Positions 19,769-30,899 are shown, counted from the first letter of the stretch. The stretch is 64,000 nucleotides of DNA from Halothiobacillaceae bacterium (GCA_050178405.1 JBFXGB010000002.1:4017-68016); one strand, 5' to 3'. Notes: generated from the letters alone by a model not told the origin. A program made the numbers and translations.

Positions 19769-22681
19769 ATGGAAAAGACTTACGAACCCCAAGCGATTGA
19801 ATCCCGTTGGTACGCCATTTGGGAACAGGCGCAGCATTTTGCACCGAAGCTTGAAGCCGATGAGCCGGCGTATTGCATTATGTTGCCGCCGCCGAATGTG
19901 ACTGGCAGCCTGCACATGGGACATGCGTTTCAGGACACGATTATGGATGCGCTGACCCGCTACCATCGCATGAAAGGCGAGCAAACGCTGTGGCAACCGG
20001 GTACCGATCATGCCGGAATCGCCACGCAAATGGTGGTGGAGCGCCAGCTTGCCGCGCAAGGCAAGACGCGGCATGACCTAGGACGCGAGGCCTTTACCGA
20101 CAAGGTTTGGGAATGGAAAGCCGAATCTGGCGGCACGATTACCCGCCAGATGCGTCGCCTCGGCGCATCCTGCGACTGGTCGCGTGAGCGTTTCACTATG
20201 GATGAAGGGCTATCCGCTGCGGTGAAAGAAACCTTCGTGCGCCTGTATGACGATGGCCTGATTTATCGCGGTAAACGCTTGGTGAATTGGGACCCCGTGC
20301 TGCACACAGCGGTGTCGGATTTGGAAGTATTGAGCGAAGAAGAAAATGGCTCGATGTGGCATTTCCACTATCCACTCACAGACGGTTCTGGGCATTTAAC
20401 CGTGGCGACCACCCGCCCAGAGACCATGCTGGGCGACACCGCTGTGGCGGTCAATCCTGAAGATGAACGCTATAAGCACCTGATTGGCAAGACGATTACC
20501 CTGCCGCTGGTCGGGCGCGAGATTCCGATCATTGCGGACGATTACGTCGATATGGCTTTTGGCACCGGCTGCGTAAAAATCACCCCGGCGCATGATTTCA
20601 ATGACTATGCGATTGGTCAGCGCCACGCTTTGCCGATGATTTGCGTACTCACCAAAGATGCGCACATCAACGACAACAGCCCGGAAAAATATCGTGGGCT
20701 AGACCGCTTTGAGGCGCGCGATGTGATTGTGCATGACCTCAAAGAGCAGGGCTTGCTCGGTGAAATTAAACCGCACAAGTTAATGGTGCCGCGTGGCGAT
20801 CGTACAGGCAGCGTCATCGAGCCGATGTTGACCGACCAGTGGTTTGTGGACTTGACCCGCGACGTGCAGGCCGATGGTCGCCCTGGTGGCAAAAAAGCGA
20901 TTACTGAGCCTGCGTTGGCTTGTGTGCATGATGGCCGCGTCAAATTCGTGCCGCAAAACTGGGAAAACACCTATTTTCAGTGGCTAAACAACATTCAAGA
21001 CTGGTGCATTAGCCGCCAAATCTGGTGGGGACACCGCATTCCGGCGTGGTATGACGACGCAGGCAAGGTGTATGTGGCACGCGATGAAGCGGAGGCGCGC
21101 AGTAAATTCAACCTGCCTGCCGACACCGTGTTAAGCCAAGACAACGATGTGCTGGATACTTGGTTCTCCTCGGCCCTATGGCCGTTTTCCACGCTGGGCT
21201 GGCCTTCAATAACGCCTGAGCTTGCCACGTTTTACCCCACCAGCGTGCTGGTCACGGGCTTCGACATCATCTTTTTCTGGGTGGCGCGCATGGTGATGAT
21301 GGGCAACTACTTCATGCAGGAAGTGCCATTCCGCGAAGTGTATGTGCATGGTCTCGTGCGTGATGCGCAAGGTCAGAAAATGTCCAAGTCCAAGGGCAAT
21401 GTGCTCGACCCGATTGATTTAATTGACGGTATCGACCTTGAAAGCTTGGTGCAAAAACGCACCAGCGGCCTGATGCAGCCGCAAATGGCGCAAAAAATCG
21501 AGAAAGACACGCGCAAGGAATTTCCGGATGGCATTCCTGCGCTCGGCACGGATGCGATGCGCTTTACCTTTGCCGCACTGGCCTCGACGGGGCGCGATAT
21601 TCGCTTTGATTTGGCGCGAGTGGAAGGCTATCGCAACTTCTGCAACAAGCTGTGGAACGCCAGCCGCTTTGTGCTCATGCAGTGCGAAGACCAAGACACC
21701 GGTTTGATTGGGGATGTGACGCTAACCTTGGCTGATCGTTGGATTATCAGCCGTTTGCAACAAGTTGAGGGCGAAGTCATCCGCCATTTTGACAGCTACC
21801 GCTTCGATTTAGCCGCGCAGGAACTTTACGAATTTACGTGGAACGAGTATTGCGACTGGTATCTGGAGCTGACCAAGCCCGCGTTGCGCACCAGCGATGC
21901 GGCAACCATGCGCGGCACACGCCGCACACTGGTGCGGGTGCTCGAAACCTTGCTGCGCCTGATGCACCCGATTATGCCGTTCATTACCGAAGAGATTTGG
22001 CAACGGGTTGCGCCGCTGGCAGGCAAAACTCCCCTCTCCCTTGAGGGGAGAGGGGCGGGGGGAGAGGGTGGAAACGCTGGCAGGGACGCTGCCCCATCAC
22101 CCCCTTCTCCCCAGCCCTCCCCCGCCAGGGGGGAGGGAGCCCATCCCACCATCATGCTGCAACCCTATCCACAGCCGGACGCGAGCCGTATTGACGCTAG
22201 CGCGCTGACGGACATCGAATGGCTCAAGAGTTTCACTTTGGGCGTGCGCAAAATTCGCGCCGACATGGATATTGCCCCAGGTAAACCCTTGCCGGTACTG
22301 GTTGCCAACGCATCAAGCATGGATTGCCGCCTTTTGGACGACAACCGCGCCTTCCTCACCTCGCTCGCTCGCATCGAGAGCATCGAGGTGCTGGATGATG
22401 CAGCCAGCGCACCTGAATCCGCCGTGGCCTTAGTCGGCGAAATGAAAGTGATGATTCCGCTCGCAGGTTTAATCGACAAAGATGCAGAGTTGGCGCGTTT
22501 GAGCAAAGAAATCGAACGTTTGGGTAAAGAGCTGGAGCGTTGCCGCACCAAGCTTAGCAACACCGCCTACACCGACAAAGCCCCACCTGCGGTGGTTGAA
22601 CAAGAGCGCAAGCGTGAAGTTGAGTTCGCAAGCGCCCTAGAGCAATTACAGGCGCAGCATGTAAAGATTAGTGCCTTGTGA
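19769..22681 (+). CDS. valS: Valine--tRNA ligase carrying a ~38-aa repeat-derived insertion
   Basis: [13 protein letters not shown] (HIGH), [16 protein letters not shown]-terminal coiled coil. Confidence 0.98.
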   Translation: MEKTYEPQAIESRWYAIWEQAQHFAPKLEADEPAYCIMLPPPNVTGSLHMGHAFQDTIMDALTRYHRMKGEQTLWQPGTDHAGIATQMVVERQLAAQGKTRHDLGREAFTDKVWEWKAESGGTITRQMRRLGASCDWSRERFTMDEGLSAAVKETFVRLYDDGLIYRGKRLVNWDPVLHTAVSDLEVLSEEENGSMWHFHYPLTDGSGHLTVATTRPETMLGDTAVAVNPEDERYKHLIGKTITLPLVGREIPIIADDYVDMAFGTGCVKITPAHDFNDYAIGQRHALPMICVLTKDAHINDNSPEKYRGLDRFEARDVIVHDLKEQGLLGEIKPHKLMVPRGDRTGSVIEPMLTDQWFVDLTRDVQADGRPGGKKAITEPALACVHDGRVKFVPQNWENTYFQWLNNIQDWCISRQIWWGHRIPAWYDDAGKVYVARDEAEARSKFNLPADTVLSQDNDVLDTWFSSALWPFSTLGWPSITPELATFYPTSVLVTGFDIIFFWVARMVMMGNYFMQEVPFREVYVHGLVRDAQGQKMSKSKGNVLDPIDLIDGIDLESLVQKRTSGLMQPQMAQKIEKDTRKEFPDGIPALGTDAMRFTFAALASTGRDIRFDLARVEGYRNFCNKLWNASRFVLMQCEDQDTGLIGDVTLTLADRWIISRLQQVEGEVIRHFDSYRFDLAAQELYEFTWNEYCDWYLELTKPALRTSDAATMRGTRRTLVRVLETLLRLMHPIMPFITEEIWQRVAPLAGKTPLSLEGRGAGGEGGNAGRDAAPSPPSPQPSPARGEGAHPTIMLQPYPQPDASRIDASALTDIEWLKSFTLGVRKIRADMDIAPGKPLPVLVANASSMDCRLLDDNRAFLTSLARIESIEVLDDAASAPESAVALVGEMKVMIPLAGLIDKDAELARLSKEIERLGKELERCRTKLSNTAYTDKAPPAVVEQERKREVEFASALEQLQAQHVKISAL
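22028..22141 (+). repeat. CCCTCTCCC triple-hairpin repeat located in-frame within valS
   Basis: cccctctcccttgaggggagagggg...ggggagagggt...ccccttctccccagccctcccccgccagggggagggagc, homologous to the MITE cargo at 36330, 45277, 58210. Confidence 0.88.
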
Positions 22682-22709
22682 TTTTGCTTGTTGTACGGAG
22701 GGGACGCTG

Positions 22710-22910
22710 ATGAATACCCAAGAGTTGGTCGCCGAAGTGCTCAAACTTGAGCCTGCCGCACGCTTTGAACTGATTGAATGCGCCTTGCACAGTCTGGACA
22801 AGCCTGATGCCGAAATGAATCGCCTTTGGATTGAAGAAGCAGAGCGCCGTTTACTCGCCTATCGCAGCGGCAGAGTGCAAGGATTTGCAGCAGAAGAGGA
22901 AAAAACATGA
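22710..22910 (+). CDS. Putative addiction-module antitoxin component, with no cognate toxin directly after it
   Basis: MNTQELVAEVLKLEPAARFELIECALHSLDKPDAEMNRLWIEEAERRLLAYRSG: L-P-ER-L / W-EA-RR pattern; GGAGGGG RBS. Confidence 0.78.
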   Translation: MNTQELVAEVLKLEPAARFELIECALHSLDKPDAEMNRLWIEEAERRLLAYRSGRVQGFAAEEEKT

Positions 22911-23131
22911 ACGAACGCATTACGATAGATCCCGCAATTTGCCACGGCAAGCCCTGTATTCGCGGACTGCGTTATCCCGTGGAGAACGTATTGGAGTGGC
23001 TTTCCAGCGGCATGAGCATTGAAGACATTCTGACCGATTACGAGGACTTGGAGCGCGATGACATCCTTGCAGCGCTGGCCTTCGCTGCTCGTCTGGCGCA
23101 TGTCAATCGCGTAGAACGACTTGCGGCATGA
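22907..23131 (+). CDS. DUF433 antitoxin (VapB45-like)
   Basis: RITIDPAICHGKPCIRGLRYPV...GMSIEDILTDY. Confidence 0.9.
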   Translation: MNERITIDPAICHGKPCIRGLRYPVENVLEWLSSGMSIEDILTDYEDLERDDILAALAFAARLAHVNRVERLAA

Positions 23132-23481
23132 GATTTCTGGTCGATGCACAATTACCAAGGCGCATGGCGCGCTGGCTCGTAGAAATGGGGCATGATGCTG
23201 TGCACACGCTTGACCTGCCTTTGGGCAATCGCACGCCAGATGCCGAGATTATTGCCGTTGCCATGCGAGAGCAGCGCGTTGTAGTCACCAAAGACGATGA
23301 CTTTGTGCGCTCATTTTTGTTATCGGGAGAACCATCTTCCTTGCTTTTGATTGCGACCGGCAATATTTCAAATTTTGAACTGGAAAAAATCATGCGCATC
23401 AATATGGCACGCATTGAGATGGTTTTGACCGCTCATCGTTTTATCGAGCTGCAGCGCGATAACCTTGTGGTGCACGCATGA
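23128..23481 (+). CDS. DUF5615 PIN-like toxin (VapC45/Mut7-C-like)
   Basis: [23 protein letters not shown]; coupled to the DUF433 gene. Confidence 0.87.
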   Translation: MRFLVDAQLPRRMARWLVEMGHDAVHTLDLPLGNRTPDAEIIAVAMREQRVVVTKDDDFVRSFLLSGEPSSLLLIATGNISNFELEKIMRINMARIEMVLTAHRFIELQRDNLVVHA

Positions 23482-23876
23482 GCCTCACCCTCCTTGACAC
23501 CGAAATCGAATTTACCGCCATTCGCGCCAGCGGGCCGGGTGGGCAGAACGTCAACAAGGTTTCGACGGCGGTGCATTTACGCTTTGATGTGCGCGCTTCA
23601 TCCTTGCCGGATGAGGTCAAAGAGCGGGTTTTGGCGGCAAGTGATGCTCGTATCACCCGCGATGGCGTGATTGTCATCAAGGCGCAGCGTCACAATAGCT
23701 TGGAGAAAAACCGCGCCGATGCGCTGCAACGCCTGCATGACTTAATCACAAGCCTCACCCGCCCCATCAAGCTGCGCAAACCCACCAAACCCACACGCGC
23801 CGCCAAAGCCAAGCGTTTGGATAGCAAAACCAAGCATGGTCAAATCAAGGCGTTGCGCGGCAAGGTGATGGAGTAA
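23478..23876 (+). CDS. arfB: Alternative ribosome rescue peptidyl-tRNA hydrolase ArfB (YaeJ)
   Basis: [22 protein letters not shown] (GGQ), basic tail RKPTKPT...RLDSK. Confidence 0.96.
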   Translation: MSLTLLDTEIEFTAIRASGPGGQNVNKVSTAVHLRFDVRASSLPDEVKERVLAASDARITRDGVIVIKAQRHNSLEKNRADALQRLHDLITSLTRPIKLRKPTKPTRAAKAKRLDSKTKHGQIKALRGKVME

Positions 23877-23886
23877 TCGTAGTTAA

Positions 23887-23921
23887 GTAGGGTGGATGCG
23901 GCTTCGCCTTATCCACACTAC
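23887..23921 (+). repeat. GTAG-tagged REP (family B)
   Basis: GTAGGGTGGATGCGGCTTCGCCTTATCCACACTAC palindrome. Confidence 0.8.
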
Positions 23922-23934
23922 TCATCTAATTCTT

Positions 23935-24014
23935 ATAGCCCGTGTGATAACCCGGGGCAGGCTGGGTAATGGGCAAGGTCTCCCCAAATTCTCGCTGCGC
24001 TTCATCCGTGCTAC
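23935..24014 (-). repeat. GTAG-tagged REP doublet (family A), reverse orientation
   Basis: Reverse complement reads gtagcacggatgaagcgcagcgagaatttgggg ... ccccgggttatcacacgggctat. Confidence 0.82.
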
Positions 24015-24044
24015 ATGGTTTTATAAAAATTCGTAAACAGGTAC

Positions 24045-24734
24045 TCACCCACGCCGCTGATCCAGCGCATTCTTCAATGCAATCAACAAGGCCAGTGCCA
24101 GAAAAGCCCCCGGTGGCAAAATCGCGAGCAAAAATCCGTAGTTTTCGGGCATGATCTGCAGCGTTAAACCCCGCCCCCATTCGCCGAACATCAGGTGTGC
24201 ATTAGCAAACAGCGTGCCCTGCCCCAGCACTTCGCGCATCATTCCTAGCACAAGCAACACCAGCGCAAAACCCGCGCCCATCATCAGACCATCAAACGCC
24301 GCACGCGCCACATCATGCCGCGCCGCAAAACCTTCGGCACGCGCGATGATGATGCAGTTGGTGACAATCAGCGGCAAAAATATCCCCAACACCACATACA
24401 AGCCATGCAGCCAAGCATTCATGGCTAACTCAATCGCCGTCACCACGGACGCAATCACCAGCACAAACACCGGCAAACGCACCTCAGGGCGCACCCAATG
24501 CCGAATGATGGATACCAGCGTATTACTCACCACCAAGGTCAATAAAGTCGCCAAACCCAAACCCAGCGCGTTCACCGTGGTATTGGAAATGGCAAGCAGC
24601 GGACAAAGCCCCAACACCTGCACCAAGGCCGGATTATTGCGCCACAGGCCATCCGCCGCTAATTGCCCATAACTTGGCCCCGTGGCGACAGGCTTCGTTA
24701 CAACATCGGGGTTCGTTTCAACTGCTGTATTCAT
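24045..24734 (-). CDS. rnfE: Rnf/Rsx electron transport complex subunit E
   Basis: [38 protein letters not shown]. Confidence 0.95.
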   Translation of the reverse strand: MNTAVETNPDVVTKPVATGPSYGQLAADGLWRNNPALVQVLGLCPLLAISNTTVNALGLGLATLLTLVVSNTLVSIIRHWVRPEVRLPVFVLVIASVVTAIELAMNAWLHGLYVVLGIFLPLIVTNCIIIARAEGFAARHDVARAAFDGLMMGAGFALVLLVLGMMREVLGQGTLFANAHLMFGEWGRGLTLQIMPENYGFLLAILPPGAFLALALLIALKNALDQRRG

Positions 24735-25348
24735 GGCGTGGCCTCCAAGAGTTCATCACGATGCTGCTCGACATATAAAAGCGCGTTATGCACCGCCTGC
24801 ACGACCGCACGCGGGGTGATGGTTGCGCCGGTAAACTGATCGAACGTCCCACCATCTTTTTTCACATGCCAGCCCTTGTTGTCGGGATTAAGCAAGGACT
24901 TGCCACGAAAACTCTCGATCCACGGCGATTTTTCAATCTCAATCGGGTCGCCCAAGCCCGGTGTTTCTTTGTGCGCAATCACGCGCACGCCAGCAATTTT
25001 TCCTTGCACATCAACCCCCACTAGCAGATGAATCGCCCCGCTATAACCGTTTGGTGCAATCACACGCAAAGCCCAGCCGATAGGCTTTGTGCCTTGACGT
25101 GCGGTGTACAACATCGCCTCACCCTTGCCGCCAAACAAAGCATCGCTTGCCAACTCACGCGCACTCGTTGCCGGGTCATTGTCAAAGCCTTGCGGCAATA
25201 CCGCAGCTAGTTGTCGATTCAAAGCCGCCTCGGTTTGCTTGGCAATCTCAGCTTTTGTCGCATGGTGCATCCACGCCACAATGCCCACGCCCACCACCGT
25301 AAACGCAGCAAGAACCAGCCCAGTCAAGCCAATTTGCAGCTTATTCAT
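24731..25348 (-). CDS. rnfG: Rnf/Rsx subunit G
   Basis: [30 protein letters not shown] (FMN-binding TGAT). Confidence 0.95.
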   Translation of the reverse strand: MNKLQIGLTGLVLAAFTVVGVGIVAWMHHATKAEIAKQTEAALNRQLAAVLPQGFDNDPATSARELASDALFGGKGEAMLYTARQGTKPIGWALRVIAPNGYSGAIHLLVGVDVQGKIAGVRVIAHKETPGLGDPIEIEKSPWIESFRGKSLLNPDNKGWHVKKDGGTFDQFTGATITPRAVVQAVHNALLYVEQHRDELLEATP

Positions 25349-26379
25349 GACTTTTCACGTCCAAACGGGCGCGCCGGAGTGTAATGATCAATCAGCGGCA
25401 CGGCGATATTCATCAGCAACACCGCAAACGCCACCCCGTCCGGAAACCCTGCAAAGCCGCGAATCACAAACACCAGCACACCAATGCCCGCGCCGTAAAT
25501 TATCTGCCCACGCGGTGTGGTCGAGCCACTCACCGGATCAGTGGCGATAAAAAATGCGCCAAGCATCAACCCACCACTCAAAAGATGAAACCAAGGCGAA
25601 GCAAAATGCGCTGGGTCATAAAGATAAAAACCCAAACTCAATAAACTAAAGCTCGCCAACATCGCCACAGGAATACGCCAAGTAATCACCCGCTGCCACA
25701 GCATCCACAACCCACCCGCCAGCCAACCCAAGGCCACCCATTCCCAGCCGACTCCAGCCCAGCCACTAAATACAGAATGCTGCGCAATACCCTGCCAATC
25801 CGCACCCTGCCCTAGCTCGGTTTTGTACACATTCAGCGGCGTTGCACCACTCAAACCATCCCAAGCCACCCCCGCAGGCAACGCCCCCGTAAACACAAAA
25901 CCCGCGCTTTGCAGCAAGTCCAAAGAATGCGCCGCCACGCCCACAGGCAAGCCCCATTGCGTCATCTCCTTGGGAAACGACACCAACAACACCGCATACC
26001 CCACCATCGCAGGATTAAACAGGTTATAACCAATGCCGCCATACAAATGTTTGGCAAACACCAGCGCAAAGCTCACTCCCACCACAGGCAACCACCAAGG
26101 CGCAAACGGCGGCAAACACACCGCCAAAAGCCACGCCGTAACAATCACACTGCCATCTGCCAAAAAAGACTTCACCGGACGATGACGCAGCAGAAGCATC
26201 ACCGCCTCGGTCAACAACCCCGCCGCGACCGTCAAGAGGATATTAAGCAACACCCCCCAGCCAAAAAAATAAATCGCCGCCAAGGTTCCGGGAACAAGCG
26301 CCAGCAAAACCTGCCGCATCAGGCGGCTGACATCATTATTCGGCGCGATATGCGGCGAAGCGACGGTTGTAAAACGCAT
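25345..26379 (-). CDS. rnfD: Rnf/Rsx subunit D
   Basis: SPH, KHLYGGIGYNLFNPA, SGATPL, FFIATDPVS, DGVAFAVLLMN. Confidence 0.96.
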   Translation of the reverse strand: MRFTTVASPHIAPNNDVSRLMRQVLLALVPGTLAAIYFFGWGVLLNILLTVAAGLLTEAVMLLLRHRPVKSFLADGSVIVTAWLLAVCLPPFAPWWLPVVGVSFALVFAKHLYGGIGYNLFNPAMVGYAVLLVSFPKEMTQWGLPVGVAAHSLDLLQSAGFVFTGALPAGVAWDGLSGATPLNVYKTELGQGADWQGIAQHSVFSGWAGVGWEWVALGWLAGGLWMLWQRVITWRIPVAMLASFSLLSLGFYLYDPAHFASPWFHLLSGGLMLGAFFIATDPVSGSTTPRGQIIYGAGIGVLVFVIRGFAGFPDGVAFAVLLMNIAVPLIDHYTPARPFGREKS

Positions 26380-26682
26380 TTATTTCAACCCCTTAGCAAA
26401 ATGCCACAAGCGCCAAGCGTAGGCTAAGCCTGTGGTGAACAACGTCCATTGCACATATGACACTACAAGCATCAGCCACAAAGTGGTCTGCAAACGCTGC
26501 GAGGCTGGAAAAAAACTCATCAAAGGTTTGAGTAGCGGCTCAAGCAAATCGATCAATGGCAAGCTAGACCAGAACAAGGCAGCGCCTATTTCACCACGCA
26601 CGAACACAAGAATCAGCACAAAAGCCAACGCCATCCACAAGGCACTCAGCCAAAACGCTTGCCAAAGTAACGGCGCTTTCAT
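26380..26682 (-). CDS. Hypothetical small membrane protein (~100 aa, 2-3 TM) inside the rnf operon
   Basis: ATGA overlap with the lipase stop; TAA abuts the rnfD ATG; hydrophobic segments. Confidence 0.65.
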   Translation of the reverse strand: MKAPLLWQAFWLSALWMALAFVLILVFVRGEIGAALFWSSLPLIDLLEPLLKPLMSFFPASQRLQTTLWLMLVVSYVQWTLFTTGLAYAWRLWHFAKGLK

Positions 26683-27260
26683 AAACATTCCTCAAGCTTG
26701 CGCGTCATTCCCGCCAACACTTTAGGATGCTTAACCATCCAACGATGCCACAGACCTCTTACATCCTGCTCGCTATCCGCCCGCGCCCAACGGCTGTTTG
26801 CCGCTGGAAACACTGTTAAATCAAACGATGTCCAATAATTGTGAATCAACAGATTGCCAAGATTCACTTCAGTTGCGTGCAAGTGTGTCAACAAAGCACT
26901 TTGTGGACGCAAGTCCCGCGCACCCAAACCAGGATAGGCATACCCCCAAAGCGAGCCTGCATGAGGGCTTGAAATGGTAAAAAACACCCGCACCCGCGCG
27001 GCGCCGCCCAAATATTGCAAGTAATAACGCCCCACAATGCCGCCCATGCTAAAACCCACCAAGGCAAAAGGCTGGTTAGGCGGCAGATGCTCATCAACAA
27101 ACTGCGCCACAAACTCAGCCAAAGGCTCGATGCCCTCGCGCGCATCCGCCGGAACAAACGAGGGCGCAAAACAACGATGTCCCTTGGCCTCCAGCACGGC
27201 AATCATCGGCGCAAAAATGCGCCCGCTATCAAAAATACCGTGCAATAGCAGGATATTCAC
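26679..27260 (-). CDS. Alpha/beta-hydrolase (lipase/esterase, class 2-like) inside the rnf operon
   Basis: LLHG oxyanion motif, VGFSMGG nucleophile elbow, SSPHAG, candidate Asp (FDL) and His (WHR). Confidence 0.88.
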   Translation of the reverse strand: MNILLLHGIFDSGRIFAPMIAVLEAKGHRCFAPSFVPADAREGIEPLAEFVAQFVDEHLPPNQPFALVGFSMGGIVGRYYLQYLGGAARVRVFFTISSPHAGSLWGYAYPGLGARDLRPQSALLTHLHATEVNLGNLLIHNYWTSFDLTVFPAANSRWARADSEQDVRGLWHRWMVKHPKVLAGMTRKLEECL

Positions 27261-28837
27261 GCCCCCTCCTCCGGCTTTGGCTGCAACGCCATCTTGCGCG
27301 CTTTCGCCCGCTCCATCGCCTCAGCAATAGCACGTTGCTTGTCATCCACGGCGGCATCCGGCGTTGTGGCTTGGGTTTGTGCCGCCAACTGAGCGCGTTT
27401 GGCCGCCAGCATCGCCTCACGCTCCTGTTTATCGCGCTCGATGCGTGTATTACGGAACTCAAAGCGATCTCGCGCCACGCTTGCCTTTTCATGCTCGCGC
27501 TCACGCTGCCAAATCTCGGTTTTGGCATAACGAAAATACTGCACCAGCGGAATATGCGAAGGGCACACCGCCGAACAAATGCCGCATTCAATGCACTCAA
27601 ATAGGCTGTCCTGCTTCTCGGCGCGCTCAAAATCGCCCGCACGCGCATCCCACAACAACTGCTGCGGCTGCAACTCCACCGGACAAGCTTCGGCGCACTT
27701 GCCACAACGAATACACGGCATTGGCAAAGGCTCAACGGGCGCATCTTGTGCAGCCAAAGCCAAAAAGCAGTTCGCCGCCTTGGTCACTGGCAATTCGTCC
27801 GTCGTTAACGCAAAGCCCCCCATCGGGCCGCCAAACACCAAACGCGCCACATCGGGCTGATAGCCGCCCGCTTCTGCAATCAAATCGCTCGCCAACATGC
27901 CAAGCGGCACATCCCAATTACCGCAAGCCATAAGCCCACTGCCCGTCAACGTCACCACCCGCCGCGTCAAGGGTTCGCCGAGCACCACCGCACGATAAAT
28001 CGCCGCTGCCGTCGCCACGTTTTGCCCCAAAAAACCGCGCTCGGTCACGCGCGTTTCGCGGCTGATTTTTTCGCCAGTGAGCACATAAATCAGCTGCTTT
28101 TCAGCCCCAGAGGGATACACCGAAGGAATGGGCACAATCTCAAAACGTGCATCAGCAAGCGACAACGCCGTCGCCCGCAGCGCGGCAATCGCCTCCGGCT
28201 TATTGTCCTCCACCCCGACCAAGCATTGTTTTGCGCCAACAACATGCAAAAGAATTTGCCCGCCGCGCAGCACCTCCTCGGCACGCTCACGCATCACACG
28301 GTCATCGCACGTGATATACGGCTCGCACTCCGCGCCATTAAGCAACACCGTGTGAATCGGTGTTCCCGCTGTGCCCGCAAGCTTCACTGCACTCGGAAAT
28401 ACCGCCCCACCCAAGCCGACAACGCCCGCCTCACGCACCCGCTCGCGCAGCAACAATGGCGAGATGAGCGTAAAATCCGCCCACGGCTCAAACGCTTGCA
28501 CTGCCTCATCTAAACCATCGACCTCAAGCACGATACACGGCGCACGCAAGCCCGAAGGATGCGGCATGGCGCGCTCCTCAATCGCAATCACCGTGCCCGA
28601 AGTTGGCGCATGCACCGGCGCGCTCACGTATCCATCCGCCTTCGCAAGACGCTGATTACGCAGCACACGCTCACCCACTTTGACCACGGGTTCTGCCATC
28701 GCGCCGATATGCTGCTTTAATGGAATCACCAACTGCGCAGGCATCGCCGCCACACGAATCGGCGTGGAATTCGATTCGCTTTTATGCGGCTCCGGGTGAA
28801 ACCCGCCGGGGAAACGATGGAGGATGCGCTCCGTCAT
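27257..28837 (-). CDS. rnfC: Rnf/Rsx subunit C
   Basis: [50 protein letters not shown]. Confidence 0.97.
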   Translation of the reverse strand: MTERILHRFPGGFHPEPHKSESNSTPIRVAAMPAQLVIPLKQHIGAMAEPVVKVGERVLRNQRLAKADGYVSAPVHAPTSGTVIAIEERAMPHPSGLRAPCIVLEVDGLDEAVQAFEPWADFTLISPLLLRERVREAGVVGLGGAVFPSAVKLAGTAGTPIHTVLLNGAECEPYITCDDRVMRERAEEVLRGGQILLHVVGAKQCLVGVEDNKPEAIAALRATALSLADARFEIVPIPSVYPSGAEKQLIYVLTGEKISRETRVTERGFLGQNVATAAAIYRAVVLGEPLTRRVVTLTGSGLMACGNWDVPLGMLASDLIAEAGGYQPDVARLVFGGPMGGFALTTDELPVTKAANCFLALAAQDAPVEPLPMPCIRCGKCAEACPVELQPQQLLWDARAGDFERAEKQDSLFECIECGICSAVCPSHIPLVQYFRYAKTEIWQREREHEKASVARDRFEFRNTRIERDKQEREAMLAAKRAQLAAQTQATTPDAAVDDKQRAIAEAMERAKARKMALQPKPEEGA

Positions 28838-29409
28838 ACCTTCTCACCCGCGCGATGAGTTTCCGCAATTTCCAAACGCTCCGCCGGGCTCGGCCAGCGC
28901 CACTGCTCCAAGGCAGGCTTAACTGGCAACATATAAATGCAATCCACAGGGCAAGGCGCAACGCATAACTCGCAGCCGGTACATTCATCCGCAATCACCG
29001 TGTGCATCAACTTGGGCGCGCCCAAAATCGCATCCACCGGGCAGGCCTGAATGCACAGCGTGCAACCGATACACACCTGTTCATCAATCCAAGCCACGGT
29101 TTTCGGTTTCTCAATTCCATGCTCGGCATTCAGCGGCTTGGCCTCAACCCCAAGCAAGTCCGCCAGCGCCTTAATTGTCGCCTCGCCCCCCGGCGGGCAC
29201 TGATTGATGTCGGCCTCACCCCGCGCAATCGCCTCCGCATACGGGCGGCAACCGGGAAAACTGCACTGCCCGCACTGCGTTTGCGGTAACAGCGCATCAA
29301 TTTTATCGGCGAGCGGATCGCCCTCAACTTTGAACGCCTGCCCGGCATACCCCAGCAGCAAACCTAAGCCCAAAGCAAGCAGCGCGAACACCAAAATCGC
29401 CGTCCACAT
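28834..29409 (-). CDS. rnfB: Rnf/Rsx subunit B
   Basis: [43 protein letters not shown]. Confidence 0.97.
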   Translation of the reverse strand: MWTAILVFALLALGLGLLLGYAGQAFKVEGDPLADKIDALLPQTQCGQCSFPGCRPYAEAIARGEADINQCPPGGEATIKALADLLGVEAKPLNAEHGIEKPKTVAWIDEQVCIGCTLCIQACPVDAILGAPKLMHTVIADECTGCELCVAPCPVDCIYMLPVKPALEQWRWPSPAERLEIAETHRAGEKV

Positions 29410-29990
29410 CAGACTTTCACCAAGCCGGCAAAGCCCATAAACGCCAGCGCCATAAGCCCCGCCGTCACCAACCCAATCGGCGTACCCACAAACGGCTTAG
29501 GCACATCCGCCGCCGCCAGCCGCTCGCGCATCGCCGCAAACAACACCAACACCAGCGAAAACCCCACCGCCGCACCAAAGCCGTACACCGCCGCCTGCGC
29601 GAGATTGTGGTCTTCCTGCACATTCAACAGCGCCACTCCCAGCACCGCGCAATTCGTCGTAATCAGCGGCAGATAAATCCCCAACACGTTATGCAGCAAG
29701 GGGCTGGCTTTTTTTAGCGCCATTTCAGTGAAATTCACCACCGCCGCAATCAACACAATAAAGGCAATCGTGCGCAGATACTCAAGCCCAAAAGGCTCTA
29801 GCACATAGTTTTGCGTCAAATGGCTCAAAACGGATGAAAGCGTCAACACAAACGTCGTCGCCAAGCCCATACCCATAGCAGTCTCAAGCTTGCGCGAAAC
29901 CCCCATAAACGGGCACAGACCCAAAAACTTCACCAAAACGAAGTTATTGACCAACACCGTGCTAACAAAAATAAGCAAAAACTCGGTCAT
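29409..29990 (-). CDS. rnfA: Rnf/Rsx subunit A
   Basis: [32 protein letters not shown]. Confidence 0.97.
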   Translation of the reverse strand: MTEFLLIFVSTVLVNNFVLVKFLGLCPFMGVSRKLETAMGMGLATTFVLTLSSVLSHLTQNYVLEPFGLEYLRTIAFIVLIAAVVNFTEMALKKASPLLHNVLGIYLPLITTNCAVLGVALLNVQEDHNLAQAAVYGFGAAVGFSLVLVLFAAMRERLAAADVPKPFVGTPIGLVTAGLMALAFMGFAGLVKV

Positions 29991-30134
29991 AAAATGCCGT
30001 ACCGAATCAAAAAAACGAGATAAGCGTGGATTTTACGCCAAAAGCTAAGCTGTTGATGCAAGGTGGGCGATTACCACGCAAACGTGAGCTTAATACGTGT
30101 TTTTGGATGAAAAAACGAACTCAGAAGATGACTT

Positions 30135-30176
30135 GTAGGAGCGAACCATGGATCACGCCCCGAGGTTCGCTCCCAC
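30135..30176 (+). repeat. GTAG-type REP hairpin
   Basis: GTAGGAGCGAACC ... GGTTCGCTCCCAC inverted repeat. Confidence 0.72.
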
Positions 30177-30199
30177 ACCCAAAATCTTGCGCTGCGCTT

Positions 30200-30345
30200 C
30201 TAGAGCCTGTTCAAAGTCTTGATCAACGGATGCAGTGCAAGCGAAAATCGACCAAAAAAGCGGAGCATAGATAACTATGTGAGCATTTTGAGGTCAATCT
30301 TTGCGCCGCAATGCGCTGTTCAGCGAGACTTTGGAAAGGTTCTTA
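30200..30345. mobile_element. ~140-bp MITE-like palindromic element with 17-bp TIRs and YTA flanks, ending on the cinA stop codon
   Basis: GAGCCTGTTCAAAGTCT (30203) versus AGACTTTGGAAAGGTTC (ending 30342), 14/17 match; flanked by CTA and TTA; internal hairpin gcatagataactatgt. Confidence 0.65.
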
Positions 30346-30834
30346 ACTCACCAACGCCAGAACCCCCTCAAGCCCAGCAATCACCGCTTGCGCACGCACT
30401 GCTTCCCGATCCCCTGCAAACAAAAAACGCTGCGCTCGTGCCGTCTCACCGCGCTTTGCCCACGCAAGCCACACCGTGCCCACTGGCTTATCCGGCGTTG
30501 CACCCCCTGGCCCTGCAATACCACTAATCGCCACACTCACATCCGCCAAACTGTGCCGCAATGCGCCTTCAACCATCGCTAAGACACATGCCTCACTCAC
30601 TGCGCCATATTCACGCAAAACGGTTTCCGGCACACCCAACATGTCCTGCTTGGCCTGATTGCTATAGGTCACAAAACCACGATCAAACCAGGCCGAACTA
30701 CCCGCAATATCCGTCACCGCCTTAGACAACCAACCTCCAGTACACGACTCCGCCGCGCTAAGTCGCTCATTCGTTTCAGCGAGGCGCCCCCCAAGAAGAA
30801 CAGCCAATTCAGCAATTTTTGCGTTATAGCTCAT
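30343..30834 (-). CDS. pncC: CinA C-terminal domain protein (NMN deamidase PncC)
   Basis: AESCTGG, GSSAWFDRGFVTYSN, ISGIAGPGG, KPVGTVW. Confidence 0.93.
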   Translation of the reverse strand: MSYNAKIAELAVLLGGRLAETNERLSAAESCTGGWLSKAVTDIAGSSAWFDRGFVTYSNQAKQDMLGVPETVLREYGAVSEACVLAMVEGALRHSLADVSVAISGIAGPGGATPDKPVGTVWLAWAKRGETARAQRFLFAGDREAVRAQAVIAGLEGVLALVS

Positions 30835-30850
30835 TGATTTATCTCAAAAT

Positions 30851-30874
30851 AAAAAAAGCCGGCAAATGCCGGCT
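30851..30874 (-). terminator. Intrinsic terminator of the cco operon
   Basis: Minus strand AGCCGGC-ATTT-GCCGGCT followed by a U-run, 26 nt after the ccoP stop. Confidence 0.8.
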
Positions 30875-30899
30875 CCATATCAATCAAACCCTGCAGCAA

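Noticed and set aside
23926-24180. 84-aa minus-strand ORF overlapping the rnfE 3' end
   Set aside because: Overlaps rnfE out of frame and runs through a REP; no coding features
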